Assembly: GCA_017640445.1 (NCBI GenBank)
Contig: JAEPQQ010000003.1
Location: 42,543 to 106,542 of the forward strand
Reading direction: 5' to 3'
Source: Bacteroidia bacterium
GTDB lineage: Bacteria > Bacteroidota > Bacteroidia > NS11-12g > UBA9320
DNA: 64,000 bases
The translations under genes were made by a program, and so were the position numbers. Below the pieces are notes generated by a model. It ran no database searches. It saw only the letters and a program-made list of their open reading frames with translations, and was not told where the DNA came from. The stretch's first letter is position 1. Each line of letters starts with the position of its first letter. Of this stretch, positions 19,890-30,168 are shown in pieces.

Positions 19890-21487
19890 GTAAAAGACTA
19901 ACATATCTTGGACTGGCGTTGTTGGGCGGCGTTTTACCCGCCATTGGCTGGCCCCCTCACAAACTTTCGTTTCTACTGTTTTTTGCGTTTGTGCCTTTCC
20001 TCCTTCTGGAAACGCACTTCGTTGAAAAGAAAAGGGGTATCTGGTTTGGTCTATACGCATACCTTGGGCTATTCGTTTTTAATCTCATTACTACATGGTG
20101 GGTTTGGAACGCTTCCCCCGGAGGTGCTGTGTTTATGCTTTTCGCAAACAGCTTCCTTATGCTCATCCCATTCCTGAGCTACCGATTCTGTAAAAAAATA
20201 CTAGGACAGGGACGTGGCCTGCTCATGTTTATTGCCACTTGGCTGACCTTCGAATATTTTCATTTTCGCTGGGACCTAAACTATCCGTGGTTAACCCTCG
20301 GAAACGGGTTTGCTACGTCTACAAGCCTGGTTCAATGGTACGAATATACGGGAGCCCCCGGAGGCAGTTTATGGATTCTCCTATCCAATGCCCTTATATT
20401 TCTCCTTGTCACCCAGTACAAACGTTCCATTGCCGTTTGCACGGCGCTATTGCTTCTAGTTCCCATTGGTTGGTCATGGATTCTTGGGCGTACGCAGAAC
20501 ACGTGTAAAGCAAAAAACGAGATCCTCATTATTCAACCCAACATTGACCCGTATAAAAAATTTGACGCAGGAAAAGACGTTGAACAACTCGAGCTTTTCC
20601 TTAAGTTGTGCCAAGAAGGGGTTACGCCCGACACCCGGCTTATTGTTTTACCTGAAACAGCTCTGGTTGGTAACACTAATGAGACCTACCTGTCCAGAAG
20701 CTATGCGGTACGGCAGCTAAAAGCCTTTCTGAGCCAACACCCAGGGGTTGGCATGCTGATAGGTGCATCTACCCACCGGTTTTACAAAGAAGGTGAGTCC
20801 CTTCCTCCCTATCCAAGATATTATGAACCTGAAGATCGCTATTACGATTCCTACAACACCGCCGTTCAACTAAAGTCAGATGGCTCAATAGAACTTTACC
20901 ATAAATCTAAACTCGTACCAGGAGTAGAAAGTCTTCCTTTCCCGCAATTCTTTAAGGAATTCGATGCAATTCTGAAGTTAGACTTTGGTGGAGAGTCGGG
21001 TAACCTGGGCAAGGACAAGCAGGCTAAGACGTTCTATTACGAAGCACCTGACACCACCTCAAAGCCCCAATTGGGTGTTGCTCCCCTGATCTGTTATGAA
21101 TCTATTTTTGGTGAGTACGTTGGTGATTTTGTGCGTAAAAAGGCAACGGTACTTGCCGTTATAACCAACGACGGTTGGTGGAAAAATACGGCCGGACACA
21201 AACAGCATATGCATTACGCCCGTTTACGAGCCATTGAGTATCGCAGATATGTAATTCGTAGTGCAAACACGGGCATAAGCTGTGTGATAGACGACAACGG
21301 AAACGTACTGGAGGAACTGGGTTGGTGGCAAGAAGGAAGCATCCGGGCCCGAGTACCGTCTCTTACCTATGAGACGTTTTATTCACGTTCGGGTGACTAT
21401 TTAGGCAAACTTGCTGTGTTTATTTTTGTTTTTATGGGTCTAAGCATTGTGGTAAAATGGAGAGTACAAAAATCGGAATTGAAGTAA
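19886..21487 (+). CDS. lnt: Apolipoprotein N-acyltransferase
   Basis: N-terminal polytopic TM domain plus a CN-hydrolase domain with 'CYESIFGEY'. ATGA start/stop overlap with rsmI. Confidence 0.8.
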   Translation: MSKRLTYLGLALLGGVLPAIGWPPHKLSFLLFFAFVPFLLLETHFVEKKRGIWFGLYAYLGLFVFNLITTWWVWNASPGGAVFMLFANSFLMLIPFLSYRFCKKILGQGRGLLMFIATWLTFEYFHFRWDLNYPWLTLGNGFATSTSLVQWYEYTGAPGGSLWILLSNALIFLLVTQYKRSIAVCTALLLLVPIGWSWILGRTQNTCKAKNEILIIQPNIDPYKKFDAGKDVEQLELFLKLCQEGVTPDTRLIVLPETALVGNTNETYLSRSYAVRQLKAFLSQHPGVGMLIGASTHRFYKEGESLPPYPRYYEPEDRYYDSYNTAVQLKSDGSIELYHKSKLVPGVESLPFPQFFKEFDAILKLDFGGESGNLGKDKQAKTFYYEAPDTTSKPQLGVAPLICYESIFGEYVGDFVRKKATVLAVITNDGWWKNTAGHKQHMHYARLRAIEYRRYVIRSANTGISCVIDDNGNVLEELGWWQEGSIRARVPSLTYETFYSRSGDYLGKLAVFIFVFMGLSIVVKWRVQKSELK

Positions 21488-22113
21488 AACGCCTTGGAGC
21501 GATAGACTACCAAAAGGCCTGGGACCTTCAAAAAAGTACGGTTGATCTGCGACTGAAAGGCGAGGCACGAGACCGTCTTATTTTGTGTGAGCACAACCAT
21601 GTCTATACTTTTGGAAAAAGTGCCGACCAAAACAACCTGCTGATCAATGATGTTTTCCTAAAAAACATAGGCGCGCAAAAATTCGAAATAGAACGAGGAG
21701 GAGATATTACTTATCATGGTCCGGGTCAATTGGTTGGGTACCCAATTCTTAACCTACACGAGTTAGGCATTGGGGTTAAGCGTTACGTAGACCTTTTGGA
21801 GGAAAGTTTGATTGTGACGCTTGAAAAATTTGGTATTCAAACAACCCGAATTGACAGCCTTACAGGTATTTGGCTGGTGGATGGTCCACCGCGAAAGATA
21901 GCAGCAATAGGGATCAAAGTAAGCCGGGGAATTACCATGCACGGCTTTGCGTTAAACGTAAACACTGATCTTTCGTACTTTAATCATATTGTTCCCTGTG
22001 GAATTACCGATAAGTCGGTTACCTCAATGGAAAAAGAACTCGGCAAGACGTTGGATTTCGAGCATGTAACCCAGGTGTATGAAACCGTTTTCCAGGAAAT
22101 TTTATACAGCTAA
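21457..22113 (+). CDS. lipB: Lipoyl(octanoyl) transferase
   Basis: 'RGGDITYHGPGQLVGYPILNL' is the classic LipB motif. Overlaps the lnt 3' end. Confidence 0.85.
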   Translation: MESTKIGIEVKRLGAIDYQKAWDLQKSTVDLRLKGEARDRLILCEHNHVYTFGKSADQNNLLINDVFLKNIGAQKFEIERGGDITYHGPGQLVGYPILNLHELGIGVKRYVDLLEESLIVTLEKFGIQTTRIDSLTGIWLVDGPPRKIAAIGIKVSRGITMHGFALNVNTDLSYFNHIVPCGITDKSVTSMEKELGKTLDFEHVTQVYETVFQEILYS

Positions 22114-22371
22114 AGTACTTCCTGCACCATTTTCTCAAACGATACAGGTCGTACTTGATAGCTACTCATTACGTGTCGTAAACTTTACATTACGTTGGCA
22201 ATCTCACTCACTTGCCAGGTCCTTAGTTCTCACGCTAAAGAATTGATTAACACGTAACTCCTTTACCCAGATTGAAATGCAATCTGGCTTTTGACATCAG
22301 AGGTTGCCCTCTGGTTCTAATTACCGTATTACAGACGATTGTGGGCGCAGTTTTGATGCCTTAGTGCGCCC

Positions 22372-22408
22372 TTAAAAACTCTTAAAATATCTTAAAAAAG
22401 TCTTAACT
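22372..22408. repeat. Helically phased CTTAAAA heptamer repeats (4 copies at about 10-bp spacing) downstream of the kelch gene
   Basis: CTTAAAA at 22372, 22382, 22392 and CTTAAC at 22403. Confidence 0.6.
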
Positions 22409-22411
22409 GGC

Positions 22412-23623
22412 TCATTGTTTCAGTATGGTTTCGTGGCGCGAAAAGCCCTGCATATCTATTGTCACAACATGATACATGCCAGGTTGAAGTGCTGAAATAT
22501 TGAGGGTTGCCTCTCCATCCTGAGCCTCTAAAACAACTCGCCCCAGTTGGTCTGTGATCAACACTTCTGCAATGGATTGGCCCACGTTAATTTCACCTTG
22601 AGCGGGATTTGGGTAGATTCTGGCATCGGTTCTCTCCGAAACATCCCTAACGGCAACCGTTGCATCGGATACCGTAGCAACGTAAAACTTGTTCGAATGG
22701 TCGAATCCACCTGACAGGTTGGTACCTGTACCCATGTACACCTTATCGTCTACAACTTCTGACACCGACCAAGACAAACCTGACCCACTTGCGAAACCCA
22801 ACTTAAAGGCCTTGCTCCAGGTGTTGTTTTCTGGATCATAGGCAAAGAAGTCGTCGTACTGAGTACTGTAATTGGTCTCTCCCCCACCAATAAAACCGTA
22901 CCCCTTGGCCGCAAAGCCAATCGCCGCCTTTCGGGGTGCACCAGGAAAACGCGCCTTTTCAACCCAGGTATTTGTTTCAGGTGTAAACTCATAGAAACTC
23001 GATTCGCCTGCCAGCGCATCCCTACTACCTGTGCCCATATATATTTTACCGTTCAGCACAAAACCCGCTGCAAAGATTGATCGCCCACCTGGATAGTGCT
23101 CCAATTGCTTCCATTCATCTTTATCGGGGTCGTATTCCCAGGTTTCAAACTGATAATCGCTTCCATCGTATCCTCCAATAACGTAGCCTTTCCCATTTAA
23201 TGAACAGGCAAAAGACCCGTTTATGAGCCCCCCTCCAAAATCTGCAATGGCTGTCCACTCGTCTAACGCCGGATCATACTTGTAGAAGTCCTGCGTCAAA
23301 TTGTTCCCTGACTTGTCTCCGCCACCGATGTATCCCATTCCATTGAGGCTAAAGGAAACAGCCCACGTACGACCATGGTCTCCGGGAATAGGCGCTTTTT
23401 CCGACCACGTATTGTTGGCCGTGTTAAGCGCATAAAACCGATTGGTGTCTGATCCATGACTTACGTATACCACGTTGTCAATCTCAAACGAAGTACAGCT
23501 GTTTGTTGCTTCTCCCGGAAAGTCAGCTATGGCTGTCCATTGTCCGAATGTTTGCATAACCCCAGCCGTTAACAAGGTTATGATTGCCGAAATAAATCGT
23601 GTTTTTTGATGTATTGTTTTCAT
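22412..23623 (-). CDS. Kelch-repeat beta-propeller protein with a T9SS type A C-terminal sorting domain
   Basis: Signal peptide, repeated 'W...P...R......NGKIY.GGG' kelch blades, and C-terminal 'RIYPNPAQGEINV...LQPGMYHV' Por_Secre_tail. Confidence 0.75.
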   Translation of the reverse strand: MKTIHQKTRFISAIITLLTAGVMQTFGQWTAIADFPGEATNSCTSFEIDNVVYVSHGSDTNRFYALNTANNTWSEKAPIPGDHGRTWAVSFSLNGMGYIGGGDKSGNNLTQDFYKYDPALDEWTAIADFGGGLINGSFACSLNGKGYVIGGYDGSDYQFETWEYDPDKDEWKQLEHYPGGRSIFAAGFVLNGKIYMGTGSRDALAGESSFYEFTPETNTWVEKARFPGAPRKAAIGFAAKGYGFIGGGETNYSTQYDDFFAYDPENNTWSKAFKLGFASGSGLSWSVSEVVDDKVYMGTGTNLSGGFDHSNKFYVATVSDATVAVRDVSERTDARIYPNPAQGEINVGQSIAEVLITDQLGRVVLEAQDGEATLNISALQPGMYHVVTIDMQGFSRHETILKQ

Positions 23624-23678
23624 ATTTACCGTTTGACCCGAGATACGGCAGGCAACTTTATTGCTGCCTAAAGCCTCT

Positions 23679-23754
23679 CTTAAAAAGGCCTAAAAACACT
23701 TAAAAAATGCTTAAAGTGCTGTGCTTAAAACACCCTCACTTTAAGAATTTCTAA
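23679..23754. repeat. Second cluster of phased (C)TTAAAA-like repeats (about 7 copies at 10-11-bp spacing) upstream of the kelch gene, in the HK/kelch divergent promoter region
   Basis: TTAAAAA 23680, CTAAAAA 23690, CTTAAAAAA 23699, CTTAAAG 23710, CTTAAAA 23724, CTTTAAG 23739, TTCTAAG 23748. Confidence 0.6.
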
Positions 23755-23756
23755 GT

Positions 23757-25259
23757 TTGTTGTACATCGTAATGGAAAAACGGAAAAGACTGGGTATACT
23801 AATTGTCTTTGTGTCGGTTTCTTTTCTGGGACTGTTGTGGACTCAATATCTCTGGATCAGAAACAACATAAAGCAATCAAACAATGAGTTCGACCAAAAG
23901 GTAAATGCCCTGGTCGTGAAGGTAGTCCGTGAGGTTGAAAACGAAAACTACTGCGTTGACATGTTTAGCAAGGTAGACCTGCCTCAAGGACAAACGCTTC
24001 GCATTCTGGCCATGAACGATAGTACACAGAAAGCAGACACAATCCCATTGTACCTCTACTTCCAAAATGCCAATAAGGTTGATTCTTTGTACAGCTTCGA
24101 CAGTCTCCTGTTTTCGTACCCTACCGAGATCCAGATGAACTTGGATGTGACTTTTCTGGAGCACAACATCGTTAATCCAAACCCGCCTATTCACGACTTT
24201 CATGGATTCGAACGAAGGTTTGAAGATAACAGCCTAAATGTGCACATGCTCGACACCCTGCTGCATCGTGAATTTAAAAAGAACGACATTGATCGCACAT
24301 TTCATTTCTTGCTACAGAGCCCCAGAACAGGGAACCAGTTTTTCACTAGCAACGCTGAAATATCACCCGACGATATTCGCTCTGGAATTCGTTCCATTAT
24401 TTTCAACAATTCCCGTTACTACGAACCGTTGGAACTGTTTGTGTTTTTCCCAGACCGGAACACACATTCCATTACAAGCAATCTTATTACTATCCTAAGC
24501 TCTTTCGTTCTGGTTGTTATGATCGTTCTATTGTTTGTTTTCTTCTTCAGAATGCTGGTTCAGGAACGGCGACTATCTGAAATGAAGGTAGACTTTGTAA
24601 ATAACATAACACACGAGTTCAGAACACCACTTTCCAATATCAAACTGGCAGCAAACGCACTTCGCAAAGACATGCCACAAACCGGGCAAAAGCTAATTGA
24701 GATTATTGAAGAGGAAAACGAACGTCTTCAAAAAGGCATTGATCTGGCTTTGACTACCTCGCTTCTCAACAAAGACGAAATTCTATTGGATCGTGAAGAA
24801 AAAGACATTCATGAACTCTTACGACGGCTAGTTCAAGGCAGTTTGCTAGTTGCCGAAGAAAAAAATGGTAGTATTCACCTCCATCTTAAATCCACCCACC
24901 ATACGTTGTTTATAGATGAACTTCACATGACTAATGTATTTAGTAACCTAATTTACAACGCATTAAAATATTCGAATGCTTCGCCGGCAATTCACATCGA
25001 TAGTGAACTTCACAAAAACGAACTGCATATTGCGGTTAAAGACAATGGTATAGGCATTGCCGAACGAGACCTGCCATACATTTTTGACCGCTTCTACCGC
25101 GTATCAACCCAAAACCGACACGAAACCCGGGGGTATGGCATCGGGCTATACTACGTAAAGATGATTGTGGAGGCCCATGGCGGGCGTATTTCTGCTACCT
25201 CAAGCCTCGGTAAAGGGACAACGTTTAACTTATACCTACCTACAAATGCAAATGAATAA
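23757..25259 (+). CDS. Sensor histidine kinase with two TM helices flanking a periplasmic sensor domain
   Basis: HisKA 'ITHEFRTPLSNI' and HATPase_c 'GIGLYYVKMIVEAHGGRISATSSLGKGTTF'. Confidence 0.85.
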   Translation: MLYIVMEKRKRLGILIVFVSVSFLGLLWTQYLWIRNNIKQSNNEFDQKVNALVVKVVREVENENYCVDMFSKVDLPQGQTLRILAMNDSTQKADTIPLYLYFQNANKVDSLYSFDSLLFSYPTEIQMNLDVTFLEHNIVNPNPPIHDFHGFERRFEDNSLNVHMLDTLLHREFKKNDIDRTFHFLLQSPRTGNQFFTSNAEISPDDIRSGIRSIIFNNSRYYEPLELFVFFPDRNTHSITSNLITILSSFVLVVMIVLLFVFFFRMLVQERRLSEMKVDFVNNITHEFRTPLSNIKLAANALRKDMPQTGQKLIEIIEEENERLQKGIDLALTTSLLNKDEILLDREEKDIHELLRRLVQGSLLVAEEKNGSIHLHLKSTHHTLFIDELHMTNVFSNLIYNALKYSNASPAIHIDSELHKNELHIAVKDNGIGIAERDLPYIFDRFYRVSTQNRHETRGYGIGLYYVKMIVEAHGGRISATSSLGKGTTFNLYLPTNANE

Positions 25260-25935
25260 TACGATACTCGTTGTTGAAGACGACAAGAATACGGGCTTCC
25301 TTCTTGAGAAGCGTCTTAAGGAAGAGGGATTTGATGTAGTGATATGCACCGATGGCAAACAGGCTCTGGACGCCTTCGAACCCCATGCTTTCTGCTTGTG
25401 TATTTTGGATGTAATGCTGCCGAGCAAAGATGGCCTGGAGCTTGGAAGGGACATACGGGAAGAAGACGACACAACTCCGGTAATCTTTCTAACCGCCAGA
25501 AATCTCAAAAGCGACAAAGTGAGAGGTTATAAAACGGGTTGCGACGACTACATTACGAAACCTTTTGACGTAGATGAATTGGTATTTAAGATTCGTGCTA
25601 TTCTCAAAAGAAGTGTTCGTAAGCAACCCCTCGAAAACAAAATAACGGTATCGGATTTAACCTTGCATCGCGATGAGCGATTGATTGTAACAGGTGACAA
25701 AACCACCACGGTTAGCCATAAGGAACTGTTGTTACTCGACCTGTTCTTTTCTCATTTCAATGAGGTGATTCCAAGAAAAGAATTACTTATGAAATGTTGG
25801 GGTAATGACGATTACTTCTCTTCAAAGATTCTGGACGTTTACCTTACCAAGGTTCGTAAGATTCTTAAACTTGATGAGAAGTTAAGACTTCAGAACATCC
25901 ATGGCCATGGTTACAAATTGGTTGCCTCTAAATAA
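25252..25935 (+). CDS. OmpR-family response regulator (receiver plus winged-helix). The ATG at 25252 overlaps the HK stop by 8 nt.
   Basis: 'ILVVEDDKN', the 'ILDVMLP' receiver, and a C-terminal trans_reg_C domain. The track start at 25165 is rejected as an upstream alternative codon. Confidence 0.85.
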   Translation: MNNTILVVEDDKNTGFLLEKRLKEEGFDVVICTDGKQALDAFEPHAFCLCILDVMLPSKDGLELGRDIREEDDTTPVIFLTARNLKSDKVRGYKTGCDDYITKPFDVDELVFKIRAILKRSVRKQPLENKITVSDLTLHRDERLIVTGDKTTTVSHKELLLLDLFFSHFNEVIPRKELLMKCWGNDDYFSSKILDVYLTKVRKILKLDEKLRLQNIHGHGYKLVASK

Positions 25936-25943
25936 CCAATCTG

Positions 25944-26918
25944 TTAGCCAAACACCTTGTTTACCAACAGGGTAGCTGCCGCTCTCGACGAAGTCTTCTG
26001 CTCAACCACTTTGTTTCTTAGTTCCTCGTGTAGCTTAGCCAGCCCTTTATCGCGCTGAAACCGATCCAATAGTAGGTTTCCTACTTGTTCCTCAAACCAT
26101 TTAGCCGATTGCTCTTTGCGTGTTCGATCGAAGCTGGCGTTTGCTTTTTGTATATCGACAAAGTGCAGCGCAGTCTTCCATACTTTATGGAGATTTTTCT
26201 CAGATATCGAGTCGACTTGCGTTACTTCTACCTTCCAGTCACGCCGTGCGCTATGTAACAATTGTAGCGCATTTTTGTAGTGGTTTTCGGCTTCTTTAGC
26301 CAGTTTTGGGTTGGTATCTGACTTATTGATCAGAATGGCGTCGGCCATTTCAACAATGCCTCGTTTGATGCCCTGAAGTTCATCGCCTGCTCCAGGAAGT
26401 AGCAATAGCAAAAAGAGGTCAACCATAGAATGCACCAATGTTTCACTTTGTCCCACCCCCACTGTTTCCACCAGAACAACGTCGTATCCAGCCGCCTCGC
26501 AAAGCAGGATGGATTCTCTGGTTTGAGCGGCAACACCACCTAAGGCTGTACCACTTGGAGAAGGTCTAACAAAAGCGTGCTCGGAAGATGCAAGTCGGTT
26601 CATTCGTGTTTTATCACCAAGGATGCTGCCACGGGTTTGCTGGCTTGAAGGGTCAATAGCCAATACCGCTACCTTCTTGTGGCATTGGTCGATCAAATAG
26701 TGGCCAAAGGCATCGATGAAGGTGCTTTTACCAACACCTGGCACACCTGTTATTGCAATTCTGATGGAGTTTCCAGAATGGGGAAGGCACAAATCCAACA
26801 CTTCGTTGGCTAGAAGCTGATGTTGGTCCAAACTGCTTTCCATCAATGTTATAGCTTTCGCCAGGGCCGCCCGATCTCCGCTCAGGATGTCGTTACATAT
26901 GCGTTGTGAGGTATTCAC
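25944..26918 (-). CDS. meaB: Methylmalonyl-CoA mutase-associated GTPase MeaB/ArgK (G3E family)
   Basis: 'ITGVPGVGKSTFIDAFG' P-loop and the MeaB/ArgK architecture. Confidence 0.8.
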   Translation of the reverse strand: MNTSQRICNDILSGDRAALAKAITLMESSLDQHQLLANEVLDLCLPHSGNSIRIAITGVPGVGKSTFIDAFGHYLIDQCHKKVAVLAIDPSSQQTRGSILGDKTRMNRLASSEHAFVRPSPSGTALGGVAAQTRESILLCEAAGYDVVLVETVGVGQSETLVHSMVDLFLLLLLPGAGDELQGIKRGIVEMADAILINKSDTNPKLAKEAENHYKNALQLLHSARRDWKVEVTQVDSISEKNLHKVWKTALHFVDIQKANASFDRTRKEQSAKWFEEQVGNLLLDRFQRDKGLAKLHEELRNKVVEQKTSSRAAATLLVNKVFG

Positions 26919-28270
26919 TAAAGAAGAAGGTTACCGATAACAAAATACAGAAACAAACCGAGCAAATCGTTACTGGTTGTTATAAATGGCCCTGTTGCCA
27001 GTGCCGGGTCAATCTTAAAACGGTCGAGTAAAAGGGGCACCACAGTTCCAACAACAGCAGCCAGCAGAATAACTGACAGAAGTGCGATGCTCACTGTGGT
27101 CATAATGTCGTTTGAATTACCTGATATCAACCCATAGGCCATTAATAGTGCTGAACAAACCAGTCCGTTGATTAATGCCACCATAAGTTCCTTACCCAAT
27201 TTACCCCAGAGTCCATCACTTTTTATGGTGTTGTTAGCCAACCCCTGAACCATTATAGACGATGACTGTACTCCAATATTTCCGGCCATTGCCATAATGA
27301 GGGGCATAAACAAGGCGAGTTGAACATTGTCTTGCAATTCGGTTTTAAACTGTCCGATCACAATGGAGCTCATCACACCGCCGAATAACCCAATGATAAG
27401 CCATGGCAGGCGCGCTTTCGACAATACCCAAACACGATCTTTTAGCTCTACACTTTGGCTGATACCCGATAGCATTTGATAATCTTTATCGGCTTCCTCT
27501 TTAATAAAATCAACCACGTCGTCGATTGTTACCCGACCCAAAAGTCGCTTGAGTGAGTCAACAATGGGCAACGCAATCAAATCATATTTCTTCATCTTGT
27601 TTGCAATCTCCTCGCCAGAAGAGTTCACATTGGCAAATAAGATGTTGCTATCGAAGATTTCTGAAATAGGTGTATTGGCCTTCGCCAGAATGATCTTTTT
27701 CAACGACACCCATCCCAGCAGTATATCGCTGTCGTCAACCACATATACTGTGTAAACCCGGCTCACTTCCTCTGCCTGTTTTCGTATTTCGTCGGTACAT
27801 TCCTTAACGTTCCAGTTGATATTAACCTTGATCAACTCGCCCCCCATCAAACCACCTGCCGTATCATCCGGATATCGGAGCAGCCGTGTGAGATAGAGTG
27901 ACGTAGGCTTATCAGGAAGAAGTGATATAATTTCAGAAGCCAGTCCGGTATCCAAAACACTAAGCACATCTACTGCATCATCGCTATCCATATGTTGGAT
28001 AAACTCAAGTGCAATTTGCTCTTTACTAAAGCCTTTGAAGAACTTGACACGCACTTCAGGCTCCAATTCAGCAAGAACTTCAATCTTTTTGTCGGAATCG
28101 AGTAACGAGGTTACGTAAACCGCTTGCTCCAGATTGAGATCGTCAAAAATCTCTGCGATATCGGCAGGATACAGACGGGCAAGGACAGGCCTTAGTTCAT
28201 CCTCCTTTTGAAGGTCTATTTGAAGAACAAACTCTTCAATAAATTCCTTATTTAACTCGAAGGTTTCCAT
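26918..28270 (-). CDS. mgtE: Magnesium transporter MgtE
   Basis: MgtE_N, CBS pair, and a C-terminal 5-TM MgtE domain. Confidence 0.85.
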   Translation of the reverse strand: METFELNKEFIEEFVLQIDLQKEDELRPVLARLYPADIAEIFDDLNLEQAVYVTSLLDSDKKIEVLAELEPEVRVKFFKGFSKEQIALEFIQHMDSDDAVDVLSVLDTGLASEIISLLPDKPTSLYLTRLLRYPDDTAGGLMGGELIKVNINWNVKECTDEIRKQAEEVSRVYTVYVVDDSDILLGWVSLKKIILAKANTPISEIFDSNILFANVNSSGEEIANKMKKYDLIALPIVDSLKRLLGRVTIDDVVDFIKEEADKDYQMLSGISQSVELKDRVWVLSKARLPWLIIGLFGGVMSSIVIGQFKTELQDNVQLALFMPLIMAMAGNIGVQSSSIMVQGLANNTIKSDGLWGKLGKELMVALINGLVCSALLMAYGLISGNSNDIMTTVSIALLSVILLAAVVGTVVPLLLDRFKIDPALATGPFITTSNDLLGLFLYFVIGNLLL

Positions 28271-28273
28271 GCC

Positions 28274-29044
28274 TCAACTACGATATCGCTCTACAAATTC
28301 GGTTAAGTCTTTAAAATCCTGTACAGTCAGGTTTTCAGCACGCAATTTAAACAAATGATTGCTGAGAACTTGGTCCTTCTCCAGGTTAAATTTCTTTAAA
28401 GCATTTGCTACCGTTTTGCGTCGTTGCTGAAAAGCGGTCTTTACAACATCAAAAAACAGAGGTACGTTCCAGTCGATTTCCTGTTCAATCCGACGACCCG
28501 ACAAAACGCCCGACATCACCTTTGGTGGAGGGTTGAACACAGTGGGTGGTATTTCAAACTCCAACTTCGTTTCGTAGAAGGCCTGGATCAAAACAGACAA
28601 GATGCCATAGGTTTTGTTGTTGGGTTCTGCAGCAATGCGCCTGGCTACTTCTAATTGAAACATACCGCAAAACGCAGGTATTCTGTCTACATGGTCAAGA
28701 ATCTTAAAAAGAATCTGAGAAGAGATGTTGTAAGGGAAATTACCAATTACACCAAACTCCGATTCAAACAACTGTGTTATATCGTGCTTGAGAAAGTCGC
28801 CCGAAACGACTTGAAGTCCCACCACAGTTCGCTCCAGGTAATCAACCGACTCCCGATCCAGCTCAATGGCCTTAAATTTAATGTCCTTGGGCAGGAGATA
28901 CTGGGTTAAAACCCCCATACCAGGCCCTACTTCCAACCAGGCTTGAACTGACGTTGTGTCGATCCAATCGGCTGTTCGCTGTGCAATAGACGTATCCTTA
29001 AGGAAGTGTTGTCCCAGATGTTTTTTTGCTCGTACCTTCATCAC
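28274..29044 (-). CDS. rsmA: 16S rRNA (adenine1518/1519-N6)-dimethyltransferase
   Basis: 'KKHLGQHFLKD' and a SAM-binding 'LEVGPGMGVLT'. Confidence 0.9.
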   Translation of the reverse strand: MMKVRAKKHLGQHFLKDTSIAQRTADWIDTTSVQAWLEVGPGMGVLTQYLLPKDIKFKAIELDRESVDYLERTVVGLQVVSGDFLKHDITQLFESEFGVIGNFPYNISSQILFKILDHVDRIPAFCGMFQLEVARRIAAEPNNKTYGILSVLIQAFYETKLEFEIPPTVFNPPPKVMSGVLSGRRIEQEIDWNVPLFFDVVKTAFQQRRKTVANALKKFNLEKDQVLSNHLFKLRAENLTVQDFKDLTEFVERYRS

Positions 29045-30030
29045 AACTTCTCTTTTATTCTTGCCAAAAGTTCCACTTCTCCCTCTATTTCAAACCGCAC
29101 AGACTGGACGAACACACTTACGTCTGCTCCTAATTCTTCAAAGATGGGTTTGAGTTTAACCCAGTCCTTATTGGTTGTAACGATTACATAGTCCAACTCC
29201 TCACTTCTATTAACCATCCGAAGAACATCCTTCGTTGTATATCGGTGATGATCGGAAAACGACAATGTTTCTACGTTGGTTAGAGTCTGTTTTATTTGTT
29301 GGGCAAACCGTTGGTTGTTAGCTAAGCCACTTACGGCAAGTGCCGACGACAACATTCGTTCATCTCCATACACCAGTTGAAGCTGATCGGCAGTAGTTCG
29401 AGCATAATACGTAGGTTTCGACAACCCCGAATAGGCCTTGTAACCATGTGGACTTTTGGTAAACACGAGTAAATCGGCCCGATCTATGTTTTTTCTGAAC
29501 TCCCGCAAGCGCCCCATTGGCATTACAAAATCGGAGAAAAACGGTTGGTCGTATATGCTCAAAACGATAGACACCGATGGTTTTACGTACTGATGTTGAA
29601 ACGCATCATCGAGGATAACCAGATTCACTTCAGGGTCGAGATTAAGCAACTGAGGTATTCCAACTACCCGATCTTCACAGACAGCGACTATCGTTTGAGG
29701 ACTGTGTTGCTTGATTTCGAGTGGTTCATCTCCACAGTCAGAGGCTGTACCCGTTTCAGATACTTCTAAAAAACCTTTTGTTCTTCGGCCATACCCTCTG
29801 CTCAAAACACCGATCTTGTAGTCATCAGAAAGCGCTTCTATAAGGTATTTCACCATCGGTGTTTTTCCAGTACCACCAACTGCCAGGTTACCCACCGAGA
29901 TCACAGGTACGTCGAACTCAACCGATTTCAGTATCCGTTTTCTGAACAAGAAATTCCGAATTTCCATTATCGAACCATACAGGATCGAAAAAGGCCAAAG
30001 TATCCATCTCAAGGTTTTCAAGCTCTGCAA
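29041..30030 (-). CDS. lpxK: Tetraacyldisaccharide 4'-kinase
   Basis: 'VISVGNLAVGGTGKTP' P-loop typical of LpxK. 4-nt overlap with rsmA. Confidence 0.85.
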   Translation of the reverse strand: MQSLKTLRWILWPFSILYGSIMEIRNFLFRKRILKSVEFDVPVISVGNLAVGGTGKTPMVKYLIEALSDDYKIGVLSRGYGRRTKGFLEVSETGTASDCGDEPLEIKQHSPQTIVAVCEDRVVGIPQLLNLDPEVNLVILDDAFQHQYVKPSVSIVLSIYDQPFFSDFVMPMGRLREFRKNIDRADLLVFTKSPHGYKAYSGLSKPTYYARTTADQLQLVYGDERMLSSALAVSGLANNQRFAQQIKQTLTNVETLSFSDHHRYTTKDVLRMVNRSEELDYVIVTTNKDWVKLKPIFEELGADVSVFVQSVRFEIEGEVELLARIKEKL

Positions 30031-30168
30031 AGTTGCACTATTTCAAACACTTATGATGATGAATTGACTCCTCCATCTATTTATGTTCGGGCTTAGGTTG
30101 TACGCTTAGGTAAAATTGTGTTGTTTTGTCCGGCTGACCGCCAACTAACCCCAAACAAAATATATGGG

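Noticed and set aside
22340-22368. GGGCGCA...TGCGCCC hairpin as a definite terminator or ncRNA
   Set aside because: There is a flanking T-run on neither strand that clearly fits. It lies 230 bp from the nearest stop codon, and an ncRNA cannot be supported without covariation data.
22372-23754. Short direct repeats (CTTAAAA) that could superficially suggest a CRISPR-like array
   Set aside because: The units are 7 nt with about 3-nt gaps and there are no spacers of phage-like length. I interpret them as phased A-tract or regulatory repeats, not CRISPR.
25165-25251. Upstream extension of the response-regulator ORF given in the six-frame track
   Set aside because: The receiver domain begins at 'MNNTILVVEDD' (ATG 25252). 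The extension lies inside the histidine-kinase gene in another frame.
25944-26918. MeaB/ArgK GTPase without an adjacent methylmalonyl-CoA mutase as a possible anomaly
   Set aside because: This arrangement is common in Bacteroidota (the mutase is encoded elsewhere), so it is not noteworthy from this window alone.
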